Assembly: GCA_965112735.1 (NCBI GenBank)
Contig: OZ218953.1
Location: forward strand, 4,092,001-4,156,000
Length of the DNA: 64,000 nt
Source: Phaeosaccion multiseriatum
Lineage: Eukaryota; Protista; Ochrophyta, other classes
Direction of reading: 5' to 3'
The position numbers were made by a program, and so were the translations under genes. Within the stretch, counting starts at the first letter, position 1. Each line of letters starts with the position of its first letter. Of the stretch, positions 1 through 29,196 are shown one piece after another. A model generated the notes under the pieces. The model was given only the letters and a program-made list of their open reading frames with translations. It searched no databases and was not told the origin of the DNA.

Positions 1-18089
<18,089 letters not shown>

Positions 18090-19254
18090 GGTGCCGTGGG
18101 GACTCGTGCCTGCGGCAAGAGAGGTCCTCCCTACTGCTGTCGGTCGGGAGAAGGGCAGGGAGTGGTTCCTGTGGTGGCAAATTGAAGCAAAAATGCTGAG
18201 GCGCGTGAGAAACTTTTTGCCAGCGAGATCCGTACAGAGGCAAGCGGCAGCGGAAAAGACGCGTACGAGTCGGTGCTATGGCTTGGTGACGTCTAGTCCC
18301 GTGACCAAGGCATATTGACTGAAAACAATGGCCCCTAACCCCCCCCCCACTTTGAGGGAATCAGCTAGACCTGCTGGTGCTCCGGCGGAGACACAAGAGA
18401 AGCGGAGCGCCACAGACCTTGTGCGGGGATTCCCACCACTGACGGGCACCCTGCCCGGTCGTCGCGTCGCCGGCCGGAAGCTCCTCACCTCGGGATAGAA
18501 TCGTGCAGCCGCTCGCTGCCTTGTCTCCACAGTGAGCTCAGTCTGATCTCTGAGACATGCGTGGGGCTTGCCCCTATCGGCTCGGCTCGTGTGTAGAGTT
18601 GGAGTTGCTGTCGTGTGCCTTGTATATCCCAATATAGATCGTCGCTACTTAGCGCGCCTCTTCGTCCCCCATTCAAAAAAAAAAAAGAGAAAAAAAAAGA
18701 GTACAATGAACCGAACTCCAGTAGCTCTTTACGCTGATTGGGGAGGAACAAAGACGGGCTACCGCCGAAATGGGCAGTTGTCTTTGTGGGCAGCAGCTAG
18801 GCGTATACAGGCTTTTGGCCGCCAATGGGACATCATTCCATTGTGGGCAGCGGACATGCCCTGCAGGCCGCACCGAGAAGCAGCGGTTGGAATCGCATCG
18901 TAGCTTGATTGACTGATGGACCATCGCGTGCAAAAAGCACGAGACTTTATACATACATAGATTGAGGGGGAGGGGCAGGGGGCATGGTTGAGGCGATACC
19001 TACCCTTCAAAGCTCTTTGGCTCCTTTCCTCATGCGCCCCACCCTGCCCGCTGCTCTTGTTCGCCCTGGCTGGTGTATCTGCGTCCAGCTATACACTCCT
19101 CAACTGCTGTGCTGACTGTGTTCTCTTCCTCCTGGTGTCTGCTCTACGGTACTACCTGGCGTCTACTGTTGGTCCTACGTACTCATCTTACCTTGTGGTC
19201 GCGCGTCTCGTTGGAGTTGCACAGCAGAGACCGATCGAACTAGGGCAAGGGCCT

Positions 19255-19487
19255 GGAAGGAAGGAAGGAAGGAAGGAAGGAAGGAAGGAAGGAAGGAAGA
19301 AAGAGAGGAAGGGAGGAGGGAGGGAGGAAGGCAGGTAGGAAGAAAGGAAGGAAGGAAGGAAGGCAGGAAGGAAGGAAGAAAGAGAGGAAGGAAGGAAGGA
19401 AGAAAGAGAGGAAGGAAGGAAGGAAGGAAGGAAGGCAGGAAGGAAGGAAGGAAGGAAGGCAGGAAGGAAGGAAGGAAGGAAGGAAGA
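19255..19487. repeat. (GGAA)n microsatellite
   Basis: Direct reading. Confidence 0.95.
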
Positions 19488-19565
19488 TATGAGGGTCAGT
19501 ACCATTGGAGAAGACATCATGTGTAAATGCAGCGCGTGTCGGGCGCCATGTCCAATCGTACTCAC

Positions 19566-19696
19566 CCTCGGGCGTTGGGGGTGCGGAATGACGATTCAGA
19601 GACGCTCGACGTGGCGATGTCCGAACACACGTAACAATTCTGCTCCTCCTTGATGCGGCCGGCGGCGTCCAGCGAGTCCTCGGGCGGGATGGACTG
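19566..19696 (-). pseudogene. Arp3 (actin-related protein 3)-like fragment
   Basis: SIPPEDSLDAAGRIKEEQNCYVCSDIA resembles the Arp3 IPPEDS.D.A..(V/I)KE.YCY.C.DI segment. It is followed by unrelated sequence and a GTGAGT donor; no other Arp3 exon is recognisable nearby. Confidence 0.5.
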
Positions 19697-21831
19697 GATG
19701 GTGTATGGGCAGGGTAGGGGGTGAAGTGAAGTGACCAAGTACAGTGACCACGGTAGAGATAAGCCCGTTGCTTCGATTCAAGGGCGGGGAAGTCACCCAC
19801 ATGTCTCGCTTGCACAGAGACATCCGATCATAACCGATGAGGGATGAGAGCAGCCCGATGGACACACCTATGATGCTACCTTTGCGCTGCCAGCCCTCCC
19901 TCCCGTGCTCACCTCTTTCCTCTCCCTGAGGAGATGCTAATGTCCCTTCCCGCACCCAGTGCCTGCTCGATAAGGAGACGAAGACGCTGGATTGCGAGGC
20001 CTGCATTGTCGTCGTCTCATGGGGAGAGAGCACGGGAGCTGCCCCCGTCTGCGTCAGAGTCCAAGTCTGTAGCAAAGATGGAACCTCGTTGCCTTCCTTG
20101 GTGTCCCCTCCGCTTCGAATGCGCACCCCCATCTCATCGTCCTCCTCCTCGTCCAACATTTTGCTCTCCGGACTCCTCTCCGGCTGCTCGTGCTCAACAA
20201 TCACCCCCTCCGCAACACTGGATGCCGTCGTCGAATCGAGCGTCGTCGCCAGCGTCCCCGCGTTTTGGGGGGAATGAGTCGGACGAGGAAGGCTTGGATG
20301 CCCTCCACACATGCCGAACCACAAGGCGGCGTCCTTGAGGAATGGTGCGTCGGGCCTACGGCCGTGGGGCGACGGGCGGGCGTAACTGGCTGTATTCGTG
20401 CGTCGCGTCCCCCCGATCGGGCGTAACTGGCTCGGACTCTCCGCATCGCGAGCTGTGCATCTGTGGACACTGGTCGCAGTGTGCAGGGGCATCGATAGGG
20501 GGGGGTGCAGCAGGGCGTCGGGGGACAGGGTGCGAAAGGAGGGCACGGAGCAACGTAAGCTGGGGGCAAGCACAGAGGCAGGAGACGGCGTCGACGGATC
20601 TGCAGTCTCTTGTTACTGCGCCAGCGCTGGCTTGTCGCTACGGCGCGCACCTCGGCGCGTGCACGTAGCGCTTGGTGGAGGGAGTCGAGGAAAGATGAAA
20701 GGAAGGAAGGAAGGGAGGAGAAAATATACAGTAATCATTTTACTCACCCTCGGGCGTTTGGGGTGAGTAGTGACGACTCCGAGAGAGAAACGGGTGCGAT
20801 GGTGCAGATGCTGATGCGCAGTTCCTCTGCGGCGTAGGGTAGCCCCATGGTCTCCACCGCAGTCTCCAGGTCATCCTCGCCTTGCCGGTCCAGCCTGATT
20901 CGACGTGAAGGGGGTGTGCGTGTTGTGTTCGGAGGAGTGAAAGGACCCGACGAGTGTGGTTTAGACGCACAGAGACAGCAGCAGAGCGTTGACGCCATCC
21001 CGCAGCGAACGCATCTAAAAGCGAAGCACACAGCGGCCCTCGTTTCCGCTTCACAAATTGGAACCACTTGGGAGCCCGTCGTGCGTCAATCACTCCGTTT
21101 GAAGGGGCATCGGACCTTCCTCTAAAAAAGACCCAGGCCTCACCAGCAGGGAGGTGGAAGTCGCGCCCACCCGCGCGCACCCACATAGCTAAGCATCGAA
21201 GCAGGGGAAACCAGAGGAGCGTACACTCTCCCGAGCCCTCACCCGTGCCACCCTCACTCGCTCGATGAATCTGTATCGGTCCAGCCACGCTCATGGCGCG
21301 TACATGCGGGTACAGACGGCGGCAGTCCTGGAAGGCCACGGACAGGGAAACCCTCACCGTGCTCAAGAAGAGGAGGAGGAGGTTCGCCCCGTTCTGGATC
21401 CCCTCGTTCGCCCACCCGACCAGCTCCGCTCCGAGGCCAGCCAGGTCCTTCAGGACGACCCGCAGACAATTGCCTGTCCATCCCCTTGGCCATGTATGTA
21501 GTACCTCGGGGCGGACATCCGCGCGGCCTCGTCCAGCGTCGTAGCTACCTCTGAAGTCCTTTTATCCACCTTGCCTATGCACTGGATTCTTCGTTCAGCC
21601 GCAATTCCTTCCTGCCTTCCTTCCAAGCTTTTCAAGTGCCTAAAGTGCTAAAGAGGGAGAGGAAGAGGCAGCTAACCTTGCCTAAGTACAGAATGAGTTT
21701 GGTAAGGCAAGGGAAGTTGGAATCCGTATCGTCGACATTTGAGGGGTCCCTCTCTCCTTGACTCCTCAGTGTAATATATTAAAAACTCCTCAGCGCCATC
21801 CTTGTTTGCCCTTCCCTTCGTACGAACTAAC

Positions 21832-24649
21832 ATGAGGCGGATGCGACCATCGGTAGCGTCTTTGCGCCAGGAGTGGCGACGGGGGGGGGGGAGTTGCAGA
21901 AGGAGAAGGAGGCTGAGCTCTGGAGCAGGAAAAGTGAAGGCGTTGATGGTTGTGTCTACAAGGGAACACACGGGAAAGACGAGCACCAGGTGAGAGGCTC
22001 TCTGTCTCGCTCTTTTGATATCCATCTCATCTCTCTCTCCATCTCTCTTGGCTCTCCCCTCCCTCCTTCCAGCATGGCTTTACTGAGCGGTCTCGTCAAG
22101 CGCTTTGGGAAGGACCGAGTGGGCTACTTCAAGCCCTTCGGCAACCCTCTGCTGAAGCTCAACGTCCCCCCAGGCTTCAGCAGCAGGGCCAGTGCATGTG
22201 CGGGTACACCAGATGCAAGCAATAGTGAGGCATTGGGCAGGAGGATCATCGGAATGGTGGACTCAGACGCCGTTCTCGCCAAGACGCACTTTGGACTCAC
22301 TGTGAGTGAGAGGGAGGGGGTGAGGGACCAAAGAGAGGGAAGCGAGGGAAAGGAAGATACAGAGGGAAAGGAAGACGGAGTGTGAATGATGAAAGAGAGG
22401 TAGAGAGGATGAGAGGTGAGAAGAGCGAGCTGACACGCGCTTCCTCTTTGGCATGGCTGACACCCCTCTCTCCTGACAAAAGGCGGACATTTTGGACATG
22501 AGTCCTCTAATGCTCGACCGCGACTATACTAAAGATTACCTGGACGGGATGATCGACCATGACGAGCAGTGGCGCACTTTGGAGGAGGCGTACGAGCGCA
22601 TGGCAAGGTCGCATGACTTTCTCGTGGTGGAGGGCGGCTCGCACTCCGCGGCGGGCAGCGTGGTGGGAATGTCCAGTGCCGACATGGCCGAGCGGCTGGG
22701 GATGGAGGTGCTGCTCGTAGCCACTGGCGGTGTGGGAAGCACTTTTGACGAGCTCGCAACCAACCGGCAACTCCTGGTAAGACGCACTGGGTTTCGACTT
22801 TTGGCCAGATCCCCTTTATGGTTCACAGAGGGGGGTACCTTTCACCCTGCCGTCGAGTTGGGCCCTGGGGCTAGGGGGTATCCTGTTTAGATACTCTGGC
22901 TAGAACCCCACCCACTGGAGTGAGCAACTGTGAGTGAGTGGGTGGGTGGGTAGGCGGGGACATTCCTTCCCTCCTTCCTTCGTGAGTGAGTGAGTTTGGG
23001 AAGGGAGAAAGGGAGCGTTCCTTCCTTCCCGAGTGAATCTTTGGGTGGGTGGGAAGGGAGAGAGGGAGGTTTCCTTCGTGTTCGTGAGTAAAGAAAGGGG
23101 GCATTCCTTCCCTCCTTTTTTCGTGACTGAGTGAGTGGGTGGGTAGGAAGGGAGAAAGGGAGTATTTCTTCCCTCGTGAGTGAGTGAGTGGGTGAGTGGG
23201 CGGGTGGGAAGGGAGAAAGGGAGCATTCCTTCCTCGTGAGTGAGTGAATGGGTGGGTGGGCGGGTGGGAAGGGAGAAAGGGAGCGTTCCTTCCTTCCTTC
23301 CTTCCTTCCTTCTCTCGCATTCCTTTCGTCCTTCGTTCCTTCGTGTTCGTGCGTGAGTGATTGGATGGATGGGAATTCGTGATTCCTTCCCTCCCTCCTT
23401 CCTTTCTGAGTGTCTTGATTCTCCCAAACCCGTCCCCACTCAGGACGACAAGGGTGTGCAAGTGAGCGGGGTCATCATCAACAAGGTGCGTGCGGACAAG
23501 ATGCAAACGGTTCGCACGTACATGGCCAAGGCGCTCAAGATGTGGGGCACCCCCTTGTTGGGATGCGTCCCCTACGGAGAGGGCTTCGACCGGCCCTCGC
23601 TGAGAGACATGGAGCTGCTCTTCGGTATGGATATGCTGGCGGGGAGGGAGCACGCCTTCACTCGCCTCAGGAGATATGAGCTCGTCACCACCAGCCTCGG
23701 CCGTCTCATGTCAGTGGGGGGGGGTTGCATAGTACTTCGTAGTAGAAGCAAGGGGCTTTGCCCCCAGTTGTTCATTCTTCTTCCGACCCCCACCTCCTCT
23801 CCAACGCGTGTCTCAGGCACAAGCTCAACGCAGCAGCAGGACCTGATGCGGAGCTGCGGAAGAGTGAGTACGGCAGGACCATTTGCCTTGAACCTCAAAA
23901 CCTTCCGTCCTCTGACTTGTGATTCCCGCCTCCGCCCCCACAGACCGGACTTGCTCCTTTGGAGAGCCCAGCGAAGTAACGGTAGAAAGGAAGCAGGGGG
24001 GGGGCGAGGACGAGGCGCGGCACTTGGAGCAGCAGCTGCGAATGGCGCGAGAGCAAGTGCAAGGTAGGGCCCTAGGAGGAGCAGGAGGAGGAGGAGGGCC
24101 AGAGGGGAGTGGCCATGCAGCTACAGGGGCTGGTGGCCAAGAGTACAGGTACCCCTGGAGCCACACCTGCTTCGTGACGCACGCGTCTCGGGTGGACATT
24201 ATTCTCGGGATGCTCAGCTATCTGCACGAGCTCAAGGTGAGGGACGGGGGGGGGGCACACAAGCAGAGATGAAAGGTACAATGCCGAGGAAGCAACTTGT
24301 TTGACGCAACCCACCTCCCTGCCTGCTTCATGGACTGGTGGGACAGGGATCCTCACCATCCCCGCGCTGCCCCCCGGGTGCAGAAGGGGTGACGGCGCTG
24401 CTCCTCACGGGACATCCGGACGACCTTCCTGGCTACGTGCGCAACTACATTGCCCGCAGCGGCTTCCCCGTGCTGCTCAGCGGGCTCACCACGGCGGACA
24501 CCATGATCAAGCTTAGGGGATTTGCCACGAAGATGCACGTGGACGACCCCGAGAGGACGAGGGAGGTGCTGCAGCTCCTGGAGCCGCAGATAGACGTTGA
24601 CGCCGCCATTGCCAGCCACGTGAGGGGAGGGACAAGTCAAATGATGTAA
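21832..24649 (+). CDS. BioD-like P-loop (AAA_26) + DRTGG-type protein, like the phosphate acetyltransferase N-terminal region without the catalytic PTA domain; multi-exon
   Basis: ALMVVSTREHTGKTS, VGYFKPFG, DFLVVEGGSHSAAGSVVGMS, GGVGSTFDEL, GVIINKV, LLGCVPY, TCFVTHASRVDII, LLLTG. Arg-rich N-terminus, GT-AG introns, TAA at 24647-24649. Confidence 0.8.
22915..23310. repeat. ~60-bp intronic minisatellite
   Basis: About 6 copies of gtgagtgagtgggtgggt..gggaagggagaaagggagc(g/a)ttccttcc. Confidence 0.85.
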
Positions 24650-25601
24650 AGGTGTATGTATGTACAAGTTTTTTACGAGTTCTTTCCCTGTTTTACATCC
24701 AAGGCCCGCTCGAAGAGAGGGCAATCAAAATGGCGGGGGGCGCGCCGGTGCGTCAAAAAAAACCTCGCCTGAGATGGCTGGCGCATCGCTCGACCTCACG
24801 AGCAGCCCTTGTCAAACCCTTCCAGCAATGACTCCACAAGAACCTCGCCCGCTCCGCGCGGGCCTGTCGTCGGGCCCCCCACGTCCTCGACGACGTCGAG
24901 GTGGCCAGCAAGGAGCTGCTCGAAAGAGAGTGAGGGTTCCAAATACAAACCTCCTCTTCGCTTCCTCTTTCGCCCCGCCTCGTCTTGCTGATAACTCGGC
25001 TCTTCAGAACAGTCCGCATTTCCGGCCCCGAACCTGCCCCATTCTTCCTGCTCTGTTGATGATGCTGATGGCATCTCGCCTCCCGCTTCGTTTACAAAAT
25101 AGTCCTCACAGTCGTCCAAGTCCTCTTCCTCCTGCCCCCATTCCCACGGCCGCCGCCGCTTGTTCTGCCCTTTGGGCGGTGATCGTGACGGAGCTCCACT
25201 GCTGACACTTCCGGCAAAGCTACTCAAGGGAGATACACTGGTGTATTCCCCGCTGATCGCAAGGCCCAGCAGCAGCCCCTCCGACTCCGATGCCGCAGCT
25301 GAAGAGCTACGTTGCGCTGAAGAGTCCACCTCCCACAAGGAGGAAAGGGGAGAGAGCAAGACAGAAGTCCCTCTCCCTCCTCTTGAGCCTTCCTTCCCTT
25401 TCCCTTCCACCTCATACGTCTTCCTTTCCACCTCCATTTGTTCCATCTGCTGCTCCTGCGCCTCTCTCCTCCTGTTTCATTGCTAGAAGAGGAGAAGGGG
25501 GGAACGTCTTTGCGCGTGCCAACTCTACGTAGCTACGTTCTTTCTTCTTTTTCTCCGGGGCTCCAGCGGGCGGCCGTTTTTTGGCGGAAAAGAACAAAGA
25601 A

Positions 25602-25705
25602 TTGAGTGGCACTTTTGACACTTTTGACGGCGCCCTTTTGACGCCAAATGACGATTACTTTGCGTCAAGTGACCGCGAGAGTGCCACTCAACCGCGAGAT
25701 CACAG
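25602..25705. mobile_element. Truncated MITE relic of the same family as 26258-26518
   Basis: ttgagtggcact (25602) is inverted with agtgccactcaa. Right end ccgcgagatcacag|TA matches the TIR of the intronic copy. Confidence 0.65.
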
Positions 25706-25779
25706 TACTAAGCACTAGGAGAAGAGGGAAAATGCGGGGCCGGATACCCAAGAGCCCGACCGCGTTACTTGCTCGCCAT

Positions 25780-27603
25780 CTACTTGAAGAGGTCTTTGCA
25801 CTGTTGCATGGTGTCCTCGGGAGACGTGACCGTGTGGCCCTTAGTGCGCGGGCTGTCGAAAATCTCAAAGTCATTTCCTTGAGAAAGAAAGCAAAAGGGA
25901 GACGAGAAAACCACAAGAGAGACAACGTTTGGTGAGAAGTGAGAGTGGGAAGCGTGGCAAAGCCAACACCGTCCTTCCCCCCAACCCTTGAAGCTGAAGT
26001 AGTGGGAGGAGTGTGGATGCCAAGGTTCAACGAGCACGAGAAAGCAGCCGAGGCTGTGCCGGTCCCTAACCATGCCATCAACCCGGGCAGGCCTCTTCCT
26101 CACCTCCTTCAAACGTCTTGTCGCCGAAAAAGTGTACCTCGTCAAAGTCTGCCTCCGGCAGGAACTGCGACGAGAGGGAACCAAGCAAGGCAGGTAGAGG
26201 CAGGGGCAGTTCGTTATGGAGGAGATGATGGGGCTCTGGCCTCTCCCCACAATCGTACTGCGATTTCGCGGTCTCGAGTGGCACTCTTGACGGCCCGTGA
26301 ATTGACTTTGACCCCCTGTTTGACCAACTTTGATCTGACTTGACGTAACTTGACGTAACCCAAGTGTGGTCAAACACAGGTAGGGAAAATGGGTCCCACC
26401 GCGGGGGGGCCAAACAGGGCTTTACCACAAGTGGTCAAACGTGGCCAAAGTCAAAGTCAAGTGGCGTCCAAGTCAATTCACGGGCCGTCAAGAGTGCCAC
26501 TCAGCCGCGAAATCCAAGTAGCGTCTACGATGAAAGACAACCGCAGCGAGAGCAAAGGAAAAAAAAACGTCCCTGCACACACCTGTAAACAATAGGTCTT
26601 GTCCCAACCCCTGGGAAAGAGATCAAACGAGATTTGACCTCCGACCGAAAACGTGAGGTCGAGGTGCCCAAACTTGGCTCGAATGGCCGCCACCATATCC
26701 CTCCGCACGTGGTGCGTGGAATCGTACTCCTCAAAGGCGTTGCGTTCCTCCCGACTGCTCGGCACATGACGTGTGAGCGAAACAGCAGCGTCAGATTTTT
26801 CTTCTCACCACACCAATGATGTTCACAAAGCTAACCTGCAGTTTCTCCCGATGGGAGAGATGTTCATCATGCCGGTTCTGAACTCAATGAATGTCCCCCG
26901 CTTTATGGGAAGGTCCACGTCGGCAAGGTACTTGAGCGTCCAGTTGATAATCTCCTTGATATTGTCCTCGCCCAGCTTCTGAACCAGCGTCTGCGGCGCG
27001 GAAAAGGAGGGGAGGGGGCGGAGTGCAAAGGATAATCGTGTCTTTATCGAAAACGATGGGCTCTGCATCCTCCATCCTAAATGATACCTGTGAGCCGATG
27101 AGCTCCCCATGCTTGTAAGCCACCAGCCCGTTCTCTGAGAAGCTGTAGTCGTACTCCGCCGCCACTGCCGATACAGAGAGAGGCACGGCTTGGATTTGGG
27201 TGCACCGCTCGCTCGTTCATGGCGCAGGCACAGGAGGAATTGGGATGTTCTTTCCACTTTGCCAATACGTATCCTTCGTCGTCACTACATGCGGAGAAGC
27301 CCCCTTTCCCTCACCACATGCACAAAGAGCCAAGACCTCACCGTTCTCTCCCAGCTGCTCCTTCTGCTTTGCAAAGTCGGACCCCCCCACGACCCCAATC
27401 GTAATCTTCTTCCTCAGATCAGCCATGAATGCCTTCATCTCTGGTGTCACCACCTGCCAATAAGGAGCATGGCAGCAAAACAGAACTCAGCAGCAGAGGG
27501 AGCATTGAGGGAGAGACGAAAATGGAAATGGACCTACCCCACGGGCCGCCGTGAGCGTGCCGTCCACATCGAAGAGAGCCAAAATACGAGGATTAGCAGC
27601 CAT
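25780..27603 (-). CDS. PMM: Eukaryotic phosphomannomutase (HAD family), 7 exons
   Basis: [103 protein letters not shown] at 25782-25780. Confidence 0.96.
26258..26518. mobile_element. MITE with ~55-bp TIRs and TA target-site duplication, in a PMM intron
   Basis: Left end TA|ctgcgatttcgcggtctcgagtggcactcttgacggcccgtgaattgactt; right end aagtcaattcacgggccgtcaagagtgccactcagccgcgaaatccaag|TA. Confidence 0.8.
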
Positions 27604-27713
27604 GGTTGCGCTGAAGGATACTGCACAAGGAGTTGTTAGACTTAGAAGTGAGACGAGGAAGAGGAGCATGTGGGGGGGAATTGGCCTTCCTGCCAACCTA
27701 AAAGTAATACCAG

Positions 27714-28606
27714 ATGAAGATCGATGCCATTATCATGATGCTGCCGCGCCAGCAGCTGCTGCAACGTCCCGTGCTACTCCTTCTCCTGGTGCTCACCTTC
27801 GTCCACAACGTGGGTGGCTTTGGGACGCTGTTCGGAGCAAAGTCACCCGCGCAGCAGCAGTCTCGAGAGCTGAAAAGGCTGCTCACGAGCGTTCTTGAGG
27901 ACTCGCCGTCCGATGAGGCAAGGCGGCGGGTGCTCGACAGAGACGTTCCCCAGCTGATCGACGCCCTCGAGGCAGCTCCGTCAACCTTCGATCAAAAGAA
28001 GGGCCTCGTGGGTCTCTGGAAAGTCTTGTACGTGAGGTGAGAGCAACCTCTTCTTTTTCCTTCTTCTCTTCTCATCTCTTCTCTTAATTTAACCTCATCT
28101 CCCCCCAACTGTGGCAATATTGGCTCCAGGGGGACCAATTGGCAGCGGTACTTTGCGCCTCTAAAGCAGGTCAAAACGGACGGTGCCAACAAGAGCTATC
28201 AATGGGTCAAGAATGATGGGAGCTTTCGTTACATCGCACAGCTTGCTGGGGAGAGCCTCTTCGTCACCACCGATGGTAAGGAGTACAAGCAAGCAAAAAG
28301 CAGTACTGTATCCCTCACCAACCCCACTTTTGCCCCTGCCTCCTGTGATGTGGAGGTACCTACGTTCTGAACCCTGCGAGCACATCCTCCAAGATCCCGA
28401 CTCCAGTGGTGCTGGACGCCACAGTGACATCAGGCACCCTGCACTTGCCGAGCAGGACCTTGCCGCTCTCCTTCATAAAAGGAACGGGCATCGTGAATGT
28501 GCTGTACAGCGATGACGCGCTGCGCATCTTCCGCAATGAGGGAGGAGGGGTGGTGGTACAGGTCCGGGCACAAGAGGAAGAGCAGAGCGCGTGGTTGCAG
28601 CGGTGA
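27714..28606 (+). CDS. Plastid lipid-associated protein / fibrillin (PAP_fibrillin-like), 3 exons
   Basis: Hydrophobic signal peptide ending VGG-F. Contains QLIDALEAA, LVGLWKVLY and GTGIVNVLYSDDALRIFRNEGGGVVVQVR. Start may instead be the ATG at 27735. Confidence 0.75.
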
Positions 28607-29196
28607 CACCTGACCACAGCAGCAGTGTGGCGCTCGGTTTTGGGGCCAGAAGCAACGCTAGGCAGGGGCCGCGATGGCAGCAGCGCTAGTGCACAGACAA
28701 ACCATGCCGGTGGCGACTTGTGTCCAACATACTTTTTGCGAGTTCTCAAAAATCACGAGGCATGGCATGGCCCAAGGAAGAAAGATCAGCACAGCAGCAC
28801 CAGGAATTCTCCCACGCGTCAAGGCCTCTCCAGACGACGAGCAGCCGATGTGAGTGACGCTGCTTCCCAAAACGTAAAACGGCGCCCCTTTCCACTCTGC
28901 AGGAGAGTGGAGATGGACACGGGTTGCTCCGAGCGCTGATACTGTAGCAAGTAGACAGAGGGGACGGCATCTATTTTATTTTCACTGTATTCCTCGCTCT
29001 ATGGTCTAAATCTCCTGCATTCTTTTGTGGGCCTCCAATCGAGAGGGCGTGATGGGGTGCTCAAATTTACTAAAAGTTCGCACACAATGCGTCATGTGCA
29101 GTGAGTCAAAGTCAATCCCAACCGAAGGAAGGGAGCGGGGGCCTACGCGGTGCCACCTCACTTCTAAGTCTAACTCCTGGTCGTTGCTGGGTTGAT

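Noticed and set aside
19930-20330. Acidic minus-strand ORF segment
   Set aside because: May be coding, but no recognisable motif or convincing gene model.
21293-21544. FWIPSF motif reminiscent of NOSIP
   Set aside because: Too short, with no supporting flanking similarity.
24660-25490. Overlapping ORFs between the DRTGG gene and PMM
   Set aside because: No recognisable domain; strand and frame cannot be decided.
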